Origin: Vulcanimicrobiales bacterium
GTDB taxonomy: Bacteria; Vulcanimicrobiota; Vulcanimicrobiia; Vulcanimicrobiales; Vulcanimicrobiaceae
Direction of reading: 5' to 3'
NCBI GenBank assembly: GCA_038231455.1
Contig: JBBRLI010000006.1
Span: 111,404 to 175,403, forward strand
DNA length: 64,000 bases
Below, piece by piece: positions 39,857 through 51,547 of the stretch. Every line of letters starts with the position of its first letter. Position 1 is the stretch's first letter. A program made the translations under genes and the position numbers. Under the pieces are notes generated by a model. That model was not told the DNA's origin. It saw only the letters and a list, made by a program, of their open reading frames with translations, and searched no databases.

Positions 39857-40249
39857 CTACCGAAGCAACTGCATGCCGGGCGCCGTTTTTGCAGCCCTTC
39901 GATCGAATGTCAGCGTTGACCGACACGTTTGCGCGAGGTTACTCTCGGTAACGAGAGCGTCTGCAAAGTCTGCACCAGCACGATACAAGCGCGTTGCTCG
40001 TCGAACGACGGAAGCGTCTTCGACCGTGATGGTCTCAAGGTCGAGGAGAACGTCGATCGCATCCGCTATTATTGTCGCCTCATAGCTATACGCACTCTCA
40101 AGAACCCAGACGAGTTCGAGAACTGTCGCACGATTTACGAAAGCGACTTCCTTCGCGTTCGTACCGAGAGTACTTCGCGCGAGAGCGGCCTGCTGTTCGT
40201 CGTCGCGCGTAATAAGTCGGACCAAAACGTTGGTATCGAGGCCAATCAT
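39857..40249 (-). CDS. vapC: VapC PIN-domain toxin
   Basis: MIGLDTNVLVR, ELVWVL, ADFADAL, TLTFDRRA. Confidence 0.92.
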   Translation of the reverse strand: MIGLDTNVLVRLITRDDEQQAALARSTLGTNAKEVAFVNRATVLELVWVLESAYSYEATIIADAIDVLLDLETITVEDASVVRRATRLYRAGADFADALVTESNLAQTCRSTLTFDRRAAKTAPGMQLLR

Positions 40250-40485
40250 GAACGCTTGCGCGCACGCAAACGCACGGCCGTATCCATTTCCTCGATCGTC
40301 CGCTTACGGCTCGCTTGCGGACAAACATTCATCAGGTCCTCGAGCGTCGCTTTCGCTCGGGTTAGCACGGCACCGCCGTCTTTGATTTCAACGGTGAATC
40401 GATCGCCCTCGTGCCAGCCTAAGCGGTCCCGGATCTCTTTTGGCAGCGTTAACTGCCCTTTCGACGTAAGCGTTGTACGAGCCAT
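40246..40485 (-). CDS. vapB: AbrB/MazE-fold antitoxin (VapB)
   Basis: MARTTLTSKGQLTLPKEIRDRLG; ATGA overlap with vapC; ATG 40485 after AAGGA. Confidence 0.9.
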   Translation of the reverse strand: MARTTLTSKGQLTLPKEIRDRLGWHEGDRFTVEIKDGGAVLTRAKATLEDLMNVCPQASRKRTIEEMDTAVRLRARKRS

Positions 40486-40641
40486 TTCCTTACGAGCCTC
40501 CTTACCACTGTATTCTATCGCCTCTTCGGGACCAAATCCAACGATCGCCCTCGCGGCATAAGGCGGCGCTGACCCGTACCGCGTGCGAGCGAGCGATTCG
40601 TGGGTAGGAGGCACTATTCGCACTTCTTTGGAGTACCGATC

Positions 40642-40986
40642 ATGTCACTCTCACGCATCGTGACCGTCGCGGCGATTGCCGGCGGCGTCATTGTCTCAAG
40701 CCAGCCCGCGTTCGCGAAAACCTCGATTTTCGAGGGCATCACCCGGCACGTCTCGACCAACAACATTAAGGTCGAAAACCCCAAGACGAAACAAACGCTG
40801 TCCTTTGAGATCTTGCCGAAGTTCAATCAAGTCTTCTCCAGCGACGGCAAAACGACGGCGCAGATGGACAAGATCAAGGCTGGCCAGTACGTCAAAATCT
40901 ACTTCGACCAGAAGTTTCTCGGCATGCGCCATGCGGATAAAATCCTCATCATGACGAGCCGCGATGCGGTCATGCGCAAAGAGTAA
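40642..40986 (+). CDS. Small exported hypothetical protein (possible OB/beta-barrel fold)
   Basis: Signal peptide ending PAFA, GGAG RBS, Lys-rich beta-strand pattern (IKAGQYVKIYF). Confidence 0.7.
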   Translation: MSLSRIVTVAAIAGGVIVSSQPAFAKTSIFEGITRHVSTNNIKVENPKTKQTLSFEILPKFNQVFSSDGKTTAQMDKIKAGQYVKIYFDQKFLGMRHADKILIMTSRDAVMRKE

Positions 40987-40997
40987 CTGACCGAGCG

Positions 40998-41582
40998 GTG
41001 AAGAAGCGCGCGCTCATGCGTTTGCTTTCCGTTACCGCCCTCGCCGCGATGCTCGCCGTTTGTTCGACGAGCATCGCATCGGCCGCTGATGTCTTCAATA
41101 TTTCATCGCCCGCGTTTAAAGACGGCGATCTCGTGCAGACGAAATCGTATCTTGGTAATCGCGTGTTGAGTGATGGCTCGCAGTGCGGTGGTTCCGACGT
41201 TTCACCGCCGGTCGCGTGGGCGAATCCGCCTGCTGGGACGCTGAGTTTTGCGCTCACGATCATCGATGTCGATGGCGGTATGGGCCAGACGTCGATTCAT
41301 TGGGTGACCTACAACATTCCGCCAACCCAGATGTCGATCGCCGAGAATGCATGGCGTCAACCGACGTTGCCATTTGCGCAGGGGAAGCTCGCAAGCGGCT
41401 TCACCGGCTATCGTGGCTTCTGCCCGCTGAAGACCGATGCAGCGCATCATTACGTGTTGACGGTCTACGCGCTCGATCTACCGCCGACGTTTGGTGCCGA
41501 CATGACGCGCACCGATCTCCTCGCCGCGGTCAATAAGCATTCGCTCGGGGTTGCATCGATGGTCGCGCGCATCGCGCGCTGA
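40998..41582 (+). CDS. YbhB/YbcL (PEBP, Raf kinase inhibitor-like) exported protein
   Basis: SSPAFKDG, VSPPVAW, SFALTIID, HWVTYNIP, GYRGFCP, HHYVLTVYALD. Confidence 0.9.
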   Translation: MKKRALMRLLSVTALAAMLAVCSTSIASAADVFNISSPAFKDGDLVQTKSYLGNRVLSDGSQCGGSDVSPPVAWANPPAGTLSFALTIIDVDGGMGQTSIHWVTYNIPPTQMSIAENAWRQPTLPFAQGKLASGFTGYRGFCPLKTDAAHHYVLTVYALDLPPTFGADMTRTDLLAAVNKHSLGVASMVARIAR

Positions 41583-41659
41583 TCGCGTCAGCTTAACGTC
41601 ATGTTAAAGCAACATTACCATTCACAACGAATTGTGGATGATGTGGATGGATTCTTGTC

Positions 41660-42085
41660 TTAGGCGTCCGGCGCGAGATTCGAACCGAGCGTAAAAGCCA
41701 CCAGATCCTCGATCACGGCGACAACCGTGTCGGGGATTTTTTCCGCCGCCGAAACGCGGATGCGCTCGCCCACAAACGACCCGGCGATGGCCCCAAGAGC
41801 CCCAAGGCCAATCGCGATCCGGCGGTCGACATCCTCGACCCCCTGTGTGACAATCGCACCGCTGACGCCCCCGGAGATCGCGCGTACCACGAGCGGTGCG
41901 ATCATCGTGCGTGAGGGTGTAAACGGCAACTTATCGACAAGCATCTCACCGAGCATCGCCATTGTCAGCACGGCCGAAATATTGTCTTTGGTCTTTGCGC
42001 GCGCAATCGCCGGTGCAGCCATCGAGCGCAGCCCCGCAACAACACCAATGCCGAAAGCACGTAAATACGCCGACGTCACATCCAT
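41660..42085 (-). CDS. DUF4126-like small membrane protein
   Basis: GVVAGLRSMAAP, GEMLVDKLPFTPSR, VAVIED. Confidence 0.7.
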   Translation of the reverse strand: MDVTSAYLRAFGIGVVAGLRSMAAPAIARAKTKDNISAVLTMAMLGEMLVDKLPFTPSRTMIAPLVVRAISGGVSGAIVTQGVEDVDRRIAIGLGALGAIAGSFVGERIRVSAAEKIPDTVVAVIEDLVAFTLGSNLAPDA

Positions 42086-42131
42086 GACGTCGGCGTACCC
42101 GTGCCTGGCGCCAGCGAAACGCTACGCGCGC

Positions 42132-43286
42132 TTACTGAGCGTGGTTGAAGAACGCGTTCAGGAAGCCGAAATTGTTGTTCGCGTTGTGCAGCACGTTGAG
42201 CGTAATCTGCTGCTGGAGTTGCGTTGCGGCGAACTGCGTAGCGGCCTGACCGACGTTCAGATCGGTGATGTTCGAGGCGGACTGCTGCAAGTTCACCGAG
42301 GCGATGTTGCTGTTGTTGATGTCATTTTGGATCGAGACTTCTTGGGCGCCGACCTGGGCGCGTGCGCTCGAGAGATTCTGCAGTGCCGAGTTGATCTGGC
42401 CTTGGGCGTTGGTGGCCGTCTGGCTCGAAGAGAAGTCGATATTGACCAGGCCGAGTGCGCTCGAGCTGCCGTTGGGGAGCGTGAGCTGAGTCGTCGCGCC
42501 TTGGTTTGCGCCGGTCTGAACCGTCGCGCCGGTGCCGGTCGTGCCGGCCGTAGCGCCAGTGACCTGGATGGTCGAGCTGGTGCCGACGTCAAGTGAACTC
42601 AGGGTGCCGACGGTGAACGTCGTGCCGTTGACGGTGGTCGTCGCGCCCGAGGAAAGCAACGGGCCGGCCGTGACCGTGCCGGTCGCGGTGTCGGTGGTGG
42701 TGACCTGGGCCTGAATCACGCCGCCGCCGCTGTCCACGACGCTCAGACCAATCGTCTGGGCCGTCGCTGCCGGAGCGGCGCTGACGGCATTGGCAAGTTG
42801 TCCGCCGCCCGAGAGCGAGGCGTTTGCGGTAACCGCAGCCGCAGCCGGCGTCGCCGGAGTCGTGCCTTGGAAGCTTCCGTCGAGCAGGTTGTTGCCGTTG
42901 AACTGCGTGTTCTGGGCGTTCGTGTTGATCTGCTGGACGAGCTGGTTGGCTTCGGTCTGGAGGCTCCCGCGCTGGGTGGGGCTCAGGAAATCGTTCGAGG
43001 CTTGAATCGCGAGCTGCGAGAGGCGCTGCAGCGAATCGCTCGTTGAGGACAGCCCGCCTTCAGCGACGGCGGCGGCGTTGCCGGCGTCTTGCGCATTCGA
43101 TGCGGCCTGGTCAAAGCCGTTGACTTGCGCTTGAAGGGAAGCGGCGATCGCGATACCCGAGGGGTCCGAGGCGGCCGACGTGATCCGCTTACCGCTCGAG
43201 AGCTGATTGCTCTGATCGAGCAGGCGCTGCTGATACTGGGCGAGGGGTGTAAGGGCGGCGTTTGCCGCTCCGATTCCAAATGACAT
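42132..43286 (-). CDS. Flagellin (orphan, divergent)
   Basis: QLSSGKRITSAASDPSG, NAQD, AEGGL, LQRLSQLAIQASN, TQFNGNNLLDG, VQTGAN, RAQVGAQ, SASNITD; flagellin N- and C-terminal domains. Confidence 0.9.
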   Translation of the reverse strand: MSFGIGAANAALTPLAQYQQRLLDQSNQLSSGKRITSAASDPSGIAIAASLQAQVNGFDQAASNAQDAGNAAAVAEGGLSSTSDSLQRLSQLAIQASNDFLSPTQRGSLQTEANQLVQQINTNAQNTQFNGNNLLDGSFQGTTPATPAAAAVTANASLSGGGQLANAVSAAPAATAQTIGLSVVDSGGGVIQAQVTTTDTATGTVTAGPLLSSGATTTVNGTTFTVGTLSSLDVGTSSTIQVTGATAGTTGTGATVQTGANQGATTQLTLPNGSSSALGLVNIDFSSSQTATNAQGQINSALQNLSSARAQVGAQEVSIQNDINNSNIASVNLQQSASNITDLNVGQAATQFAATQLQQQITLNVLHNANNNFGFLNAFFNHAQ

Positions 43287-43345
43287 TGACGTCCTCCGTG
43301 CGGGGGCGACCGGGCCCCGGTTGCTCGCTTCTGCTAGCTTATCAG

Positions 43346-43373
43346 ATATCGGCGCTTGAGGGCCAGAGCGTTA
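43346..43373 (-). promoter_or_regulatory. sigma28 (FliA/SigD) promoter of the flagellin gene
   Basis: Minus strand TAAC-N16-GCCGATAT versus SigD-type consensus TAAA-N16-GCCGATAT; GGAGG RBS downstream. Confidence 0.8.
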
Positions 43374-43495
43374 GGGGGCTCGCTCCCTTGTCGCTTAAGG
43401 TGTGACGGTCGTCCGCAGGAGGCGGCGTCGCACAGCGTCCCTTGCACGAACGTCTAGCCAATGGGCCAAGTGAACCTCAGGCGAAGCGACGGAAC

Positions 43496-44947
43496 GTGAG
43501 CGACACGATGCAGTCTCTTCTGGAACACTACGCACGCGTCGACTATTACGACGAATTCACCGACGATCGGGGCGTCCCGCGGCCGCACTACCGGCAGCTC
43601 GCGCAAACGCTCGCCGGGATCGATTGGGCGGATTTTCAGCACCGCGTGCAAGTCGTCAATAATGTTTTGCTGCAACGCGGCGTGACGTTCACCGTGTATG
43701 CCGATTCGCGCGGTACCGAGCGCATTTTGCCGTTCGATCTCATCCCGCGGATCGTCTCCAAAGACGAGTGGTCGCCGATCAAAGCCGGGATCGCGCAACG
43801 CGTGCGCGCGCTTAACGAATTTTTGCGCGACGTCTACGGCGAGCAGCGCATCCTCCACGACGGCAAGATCCCGTGGCAGTTGATCTATTCATCGCGCTTC
43901 TTCAACCGCGAGATGATTGGCATCGTGCCGCCGCATGGCGTGTACATTCACGTCTCGGGCGTCGATCTGATTCGCGGTCGCGACGGCACGGCGTACGTGC
44001 TCGAAGATAACTTGCGCACGCCCTCGGGCATTTCGTACGTGCTCGAGAATCGCGAAGTGCTCAAACGTTCGTTCCCGCAGCTCTTCGAGCATTATTCGCC
44101 CCGGCCGGTTGACGACTATCCGCGCCGCCTACGCGATGCGCTGCGCTATTCGGCGCCTATCGGCGTGAGCGATCCGACGATCGTGCTCCTCACGCCCGGC
44201 ATCTACAACTCGGCGTATTTCGAACACACGATGCTCGCGCGGCGGATGGGCGTGGAACTCGTCGAGGGCCCCGATCTGCTCGTGCGCGACAACGTCGTGT
44301 ATATGAAGACGACCAAAGGGCTCACACGCGTCGATGTGATCTACCGCCGCATCGACGATGATTTTCTCGACCCACTTTACTTCCGCGCCGACTCCACGCT
44401 CGGCGTCGCGGGTCTGATGAACGCCTATCGCGCGGGTAACGTCACGGTCGCCAATGCCGTTGGCACCGGTGTCGCCGATGATAAAGCGGTGTATCCGTTC
44501 GTCCCGGCGATGATTCGCTACTATCTGCGCGAGGAGCCGATTCTGCCGAACGTCCCAACGTACGATTGCACCGATCCGCTCGACCGCTCGTACGTGCTCG
44601 AGCACCTCGATGAACTCGTCGTGAAGAATACGAACCAGTCCGGCGGATACGGCATGCTGATGGGTCCGCAGTCGACCGGCAGCGAGCGCGACAAATTTGC
44701 CAAGGCCATCACGGACAACCCGCGCGAGTTCATCGCGCAGCCGATCATCCCGCTCTCGTGCCACCCAACGGTGTGCGGCGAATCTATCGCGCCGCGGCAT
44801 TTAGACTTGCGTCCGTTCGTGCTCTTCGGTGAGGATGTCGACGTGCCGCCGGCAGCGCTCACGCGCGTCGCGCTGACGGAGGGGTCGCTCGTCGTGAACT
44901 CCTCGCAAGGCGGCGGCAGCAAAGATACCTGGATCTTGGAAGACTAG
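43496..44947 (+). CDS. Circularly permuted type 2 ATP-grasp protein
   Basis: YYDE, GVTFTVY, PFDLIPR, VLEDNLRTPSGISY, NSAYFEH, VDVIYRRIDDDFLDP, VNSSQGGGSKDTW; start uncertain (43442, 43496 or 43508). Confidence 0.93.
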   Translation: MSDTMQSLLEHYARVDYYDEFTDDRGVPRPHYRQLAQTLAGIDWADFQHRVQVVNNVLLQRGVTFTVYADSRGTERILPFDLIPRIVSKDEWSPIKAGIAQRVRALNEFLRDVYGEQRILHDGKIPWQLIYSSRFFNREMIGIVPPHGVYIHVSGVDLIRGRDGTAYVLEDNLRTPSGISYVLENREVLKRSFPQLFEHYSPRPVDDYPRRLRDALRYSAPIGVSDPTIVLLTPGIYNSAYFEHTMLARRMGVELVEGPDLLVRDNVVYMKTTKGLTRVDVIYRRIDDDFLDPLYFRADSTLGVAGLMNAYRAGNVTVANAVGTGVADDKAVYPFVPAMIRYYLREEPILPNVPTYDCTDPLDRSYVLEHLDELVVKNTNQSGGYGMLMGPQSTGSERDKFAKAITDNPREFIAQPIIPLSCHPTVCGESIAPRHLDLRPFVLFGEDVDVPPAALTRVALTEGSLVVNSSQGGGSKDTWILED

Positions 44948-44950
44948 CCG

Positions 44951-45889
44951 ATGCTCAGCCGTGTTGCCGAATCGATGTACTGGCTTAGCCGCAATATCGA
45001 GCGCGCCGAAACGCTCGCGCGTATTCTCGATGTCAATTACAACCGCACGATGGACCGGAGTGGCGCAAACCAAGCCGGCACGCGTCGCATTTGGGAGAGC
45101 GTCCTTGAAATCTGCGGCGCCACGGTCGAAGTCGATCTCTGGGATCCGGAGAAAATCGCGACCAATGCGTTTGAATTCTGCACGTTCTCAACGGAGAACC
45201 GCACCTCGATCCTCTCGTGCATCCGCATCGCACGCGCAAATGCGCTGAGCGTCCGCGCGGAACTCTCAACCGAAGTGTGGGAGACGATCAATAGCCTCTA
45301 CCTTTTCGTTGAGGCGCAATCGCCGCGCTCGATTGCGCGCGAGGGGCCATCGTCGTTTCTGCGTTCGCTGCGCGACACATCGCAAGCTTTCGGCGGCGTC
45401 GTCGATGCGACGATCATGCACGATGATGAGTGGAATTTCTTGCAGGTCGGCCGGTTTGCCGAACGTGCCGCGATGACGACGCGGATCATCCGCGCGCAAG
45501 ACGTCAGCGACCAATCCGCGCACGAGTGGCAACGTCTGCTCGAAATGTGCTGCGCAAGCGAACCGTTTGCGAAGTCGCAGCGCCTCACATCCGAGCCGAG
45601 CGAAGTCCTGGGCTTCCTGTTCTTACACCCAAGCTTTCCGCGCTCGACGCGCTTCTGCGTGCACGAAGTCGATAACGCTCTCCACCGCCTCTCGGAGACG
45701 CCGAAGGCGAACTTCAGCAACGAGGCCGAGCGGATGACGGGGCGCCTCGCGGCAATGCTCGACTTCGTGCAGCTCGACGAAATACTCGAGGAAGGCAGTA
45801 CGCGCTTTGCCACTCGCGTCGGCGAGCGCTTCGATGGCGTTGGTGCGGCGATCGAAACCGCTTATTTCCCCCGCGTCCCGGTGATGTAA
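44951..45889 (+). CDS. Alpha-E domain protein
   Basis: MLSRVAESMYWLSRNIERAE and GRFAERA (ER motifs), ARANA..VR, FPRS. Confidence 0.92.
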   Translation: MLSRVAESMYWLSRNIERAETLARILDVNYNRTMDRSGANQAGTRRIWESVLEICGATVEVDLWDPEKIATNAFEFCTFSTENRTSILSCIRIARANALSVRAELSTEVWETINSLYLFVEAQSPRSIAREGPSSFLRSLRDTSQAFGGVVDATIMHDDEWNFLQVGRFAERAAMTTRIIRAQDVSDQSAHEWQRLLEMCCASEPFAKSQRLTSEPSEVLGFLFLHPSFPRSTRFCVHEVDNALHRLSETPKANFSNEAERMTGRLAAMLDFVQLDEILEEGSTRFATRVGERFDGVGAAIETAYFPRVPVM

Positions 45890-46735
45890 ATGGACTACAC
45901 GATCCTCCACTCCACAATGTATCGCTATCCGAAGAAAATCCACGAATCGTATTCGATCGTGCATCTGCAGCCGCGGAGCGATCAGTTTCAGTATTGCACG
46001 AAGTTCGAATTGATCGTTGCACCGCGCACGCGGGTCTTCTCGTACTTGGATCGCTTCGCAAACGACGTGCAGCATTTCGCCGTGCTTCCGGATCACGACG
46101 TTCTCACGGTGACGGCGCGCTCCAACGTGATGACGGTGCGTCCGCACGAGACGCCGATTCCCACACCCGTCACGCGAGCGATGCTCGCGGGCGATTCCGT
46201 GGTCGATACCTTGTACGATTTTCTGCACGAGAGTCGGTACGTCGAATTCGGTACGGCGCTTCACGCGCTCAACGCGGAGATCGGCACGCCCGGTGAGGAT
46301 CTTGTCGCCTGGTATCTGCACGCTGGAAAATTCATTCGCGAACGATTCACCTACGATAAGGAAGCAACGACCGTTCATGCAACGGTCGAAGAATCAATCG
46401 ATCGCCGGGCCGGTGTCTGCCAAGACTTCGCGCACATCCTCGTCGCGCTGTGCCGCTACAATCGCATCCCCGCGCGCTATGTGAGCGGCTATATCTTTGG
46501 CGGAAGCTCGATTCTCGGTGCCGACGCCTCACACGCCTGGTGCGAGGCGTACTTCCCGCCGCACGGTTGGGTGGGTCTCGATCCCACCAACGACAAGCTT
46601 ATCAACGATGAGTTTGTGAAAATCGGCGTCGGCCGCGACTATCGCGACGTAAGCCCGGTGCGCGGCGTGTACAAAGGCCTCGCGCAAAGCGTGATGTCGG
46701 TCAACGTCGCGATGGAGGCGCTCTCGAACCAGTAG
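45890..46735 (+). CDS. Transglutaminase family protein
   Basis: YTILHSTMYRY N-terminal domain; triad GVCQDFAH, SHAW, DPTN; GRDYRDVSP. Confidence 0.92.
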   Translation: MDYTILHSTMYRYPKKIHESYSIVHLQPRSDQFQYCTKFELIVAPRTRVFSYLDRFANDVQHFAVLPDHDVLTVTARSNVMTVRPHETPIPTPVTRAMLAGDSVVDTLYDFLHESRYVEFGTALHALNAEIGTPGEDLVAWYLHAGKFIRERFTYDKEATTVHATVEESIDRRAGVCQDFAHILVALCRYNRIPARYVSGYIFGGSSILGADASHAWCEAYFPPHGWVGLDPTNDKLINDEFVKIGVGRDYRDVSPVRGVYKGLAQSVMSVNVAMEALSNQ

Positions 46736-46749
46736 GCGCAAAGCGCCGG

Positions 46750-47601
46750 ATGCGTACACTCGAAGAACGTCGCGTGATCGGCGGCGCACAAACGGCGCTT
46801 GCGACTGTCGCGACCGGCCCTCTCGATGCTCGGCCGATTGTTTTCATCCACGGCTGGTCGCAGTCGATGCACGCCTGGGACGGTTTGTTGCAGTCCTCGC
46901 TTGCGAACGACTATCGCCTTGTCGCTCTGGACATGCGCGGTCATGGGCGCAGCGATCGTCCAGAGCCGGTCGGATCGTACCGAGAGAGTTTGCTGTGGGC
47001 AGACGACGTCGCCGCCGTGATCGCCGCGCACGATCTCACAAAGCCGATTCTCGTCGGCTGGTCGTACGGCGGCTACGTGATCGCCGACTACCTCCGCCAC
47101 TATGGCGAGGGCAACGTCGGGGGCGTCCTCTTTGCAGGCGCGATCACCCAGCGGGCGACCGAGAAAACGAAGCGTTACCGCAACGGCGAGAGCGGTGCGC
47201 GGTTCAAAGCCGCAACGACCCCGGGCGGAAACGACCGGGAGGCGGCGCGCGATTTTCTGCGGCTCTGCACCTTTGATCCGCTGCCGTCCGCCCGGGCCGA
47301 ATTCTTGATCGACGAGATGGCGCTCGTGCCGGTCGACGTACGCGCCGCGCTTTTCGACCGCCCGACCGTCGACAACGACGACGTGCTCTCCAAGCTGACG
47401 ATCCCCGTGACCGTCGTGCACGGCGCCGAGGACCGGATCGTGTTGCCTGCATCCGCCGAGGACCATGCGGAGGTCATCCCGGGAACAACCCTGAGGATCT
47501 ACCCGGGCGTCGGGCATATGCCGTTCGAAGAGGCGCCCGAGGCGTTCGAAGCCGACCTGCGGGCGCTTGCCAAGCGGGCCGCCGGGGGTGCATCCCCCTA
47601 G
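46750..47601 (+). CDS. Alpha/beta hydrolase (non-heme haloperoxidase-like)
   Basis: FIHGW, DMRGHGRS, GWSYGG nucleophile elbow, HGAED, GHMPF. Confidence 0.9.
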   Translation: MRTLEERRVIGGAQTALATVATGPLDARPIVFIHGWSQSMHAWDGLLQSSLANDYRLVALDMRGHGRSDRPEPVGSYRESLLWADDVAAVIAAHDLTKPILVGWSYGGYVIADYLRHYGEGNVGGVLFAGAITQRATEKTKRYRNGESGARFKAATTPGGNDREAARDFLRLCTFDPLPSARAEFLIDEMALVPVDVRAALFDRPTVDNDDVLSKLTIPVTVVHGAEDRIVLPASAEDHAEVIPGTTLRIYPGVGHMPFEEAPEAFEADLRALAKRAAGGASP

Positions 47602-47602
47602 A

Positions 47603-47629
47603 CTAGCAGTGTGTTCATGAGAGTGCTAA
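47603..47629 (+). promoter_or_regulatory. CIRCE element upstream of hsp20-lon
   Basis: CTAGCAGTG-N9-GAGTGCTAA (right arm is perfect consensus). Confidence 0.8.
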
Positions 47630-47654
47630 TATCTCTTGAAAGGATCGAAGCAAC

Positions 47655-48079
47655 GTGAGACAAGGCGGCGACGAGTTCGACCTAGCCTTCGCCGAATTCG
47701 CGACACGGTCGTGGAGCGGGCGCTACGAACCCAACACCGACGTCTTCTTCGATGATGCCGGCGAGCGGATCGTGGTCCACGTGGAACTTGCGGGCATCGA
47801 TTCGGATAGCTTACGCGTGGGGGTGGACGAGCGCCACTTGGTGATCGTCGGGTCTCGCTCCCAAAGTTCGACCGCACGCAACGGCTCGATCCTCCAAAAA
47901 GAAATTCAATACGGCGAATTCGTGAAAAAAATTCGCCTGCCGGTGCCCATCTCATACGGAGATGCAAGCGCCCTCTACCGCGACGGCATCCTCACAATCG
48001 AATTGCCGGTCTCTGCCGCCAGTCATTTCCCGACGCACCGGACCGAAATCCGGATGATCGTCAGAAGGACCCCCGCCTA

Positions 48080-48080
<1 letters not shown>
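47655..48080 (+). CDS. Hsp20/alpha-crystallin small heat-shock protein
   Basis: PNTDV, VELAGI, EIQYGEFVKKIRLP, ALYRDGILTIELP. Confidence 0.88.
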
Positions 48081-50541
<2,461 letters not shown>

Positions 50542-50545
<4 letters not shown>

Positions 50546-50943
50546 CGCGCGGTCATTACCTGGCGTAAGAGTCGAACCAAGGCCGCTCCGTCGATTGCGA
50601 CAGAGCGGCCTTCAACTATTGCGCGGCGTCCGAAGCGGTCGATGATGATCGTGAGGCGGTCGCGTTCGGCGGAGTCGCGGAAGTTGACGATCCAGCGCGC
50701 GTCGATGTGGCCGGGTGATTCGACGATTGGCGTGCGCGCGAACGCGGTTGCGACTTCGTTGATGATCCAGATGTCGGTTGTGAGAAAGTGTTCGTCGGCG
50801 AAATTTTGTACATCTTCGGAGGTGAGGGCCGTTCGGGTGCGCAGATCGTCGTCGACGTGCACGATCGTAAGCTCGGAGAATTCGCGACGCCGTGCAATAG
50901 CGGTTGTCACAAATGGCGGACGTTGCATGGTAAACGGAATCAT
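50542..50943 (-). CDS. Hypothetical protein, coupled to the upstream peptidase
   Basis: 133-aa ORF whose start overlaps the upstream stop (ATGA); ends convergent with lon. Confidence 0.6.
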
Positions 50944-51443
50944 CGCGTGACCGGCGAGGCCACGGCGTACACCGAGCCGCGATGATCGTGACGGACGTCT
51001 TCGCCGAGCGTGTGCGCGGCATGCGTCTCCGATCCCGTGATCACGCGTTTCTCTTCGAGGTTGTCGTAGTTCGGATCGTAGGAGTTTGCGAGCTGCTCGG
51101 CTTTGCGCGGATCGAACGTCGCATGATCGATTTCATGCCCGAGACCCATCGCGGCCGATTGATGGCCGCCGCACGTCGTGCGTAACGCGCTATACGGATC
51201 CCAATTGATCTGGTGGCGCATCGGATCGTACGAGTCGTTGCCATCGTGAATGATCTTGAGCCGGTAGTTCGTCGTGCCATGTTCGAGCTTGTCGATGAGG
51301 CCGCGCTCGATCGCATCGCCTTGTAGGTAGTGCACCGCGGCATCGAAGACGCTCGTCGCGGATTTCGGAACGCTAAGCGAGCCGTACTGAATCGTCGAAT
51401 CGACGGCGATGGGACGTGGTAGGGTAGCATCGGTCGTACGCAT
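50940..51443 (-). CDS. HExxH zinc metallopeptidase (M91/NleD-like)
   Basis: INWDP, SAAMGLGHEIDHA, YDNLEEKRVITGSE, LGEDVRHDH; ATG 51443 after GGAG. Confidence 0.72.
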   Translation of the reverse strand: MRTTDATLPRPIAVDSTIQYGSLSVPKSATSVFDAAVHYLQGDAIERGLIDKLEHGTTNYRLKIIHDGNDSYDPMRHQINWDPYSALRTTCGGHQSAAMGLGHEIDHATFDPRKAEQLANSYDPNYDNLEEKRVITGSETHAAHTLGEDVRHDHRGSVYAVASPVTR

Positions 51444-51547
51444 GGTCATCTCCAAAGCAAAGGGAACGGTCGTGCGACCGATCACGCGCTGGCGCAGATG
51501 AACAAGGGGCGCAACCCACTGCGCTCCGCACGCTTTGAAGAAGTGGG

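Noticed and set aside
41590-41650. AT-rich gap with small hairpins and a TGTGGATG direct repeat between convergent genes
   Set aside because: Most simply a bidirectional termination region; only two repeat copies
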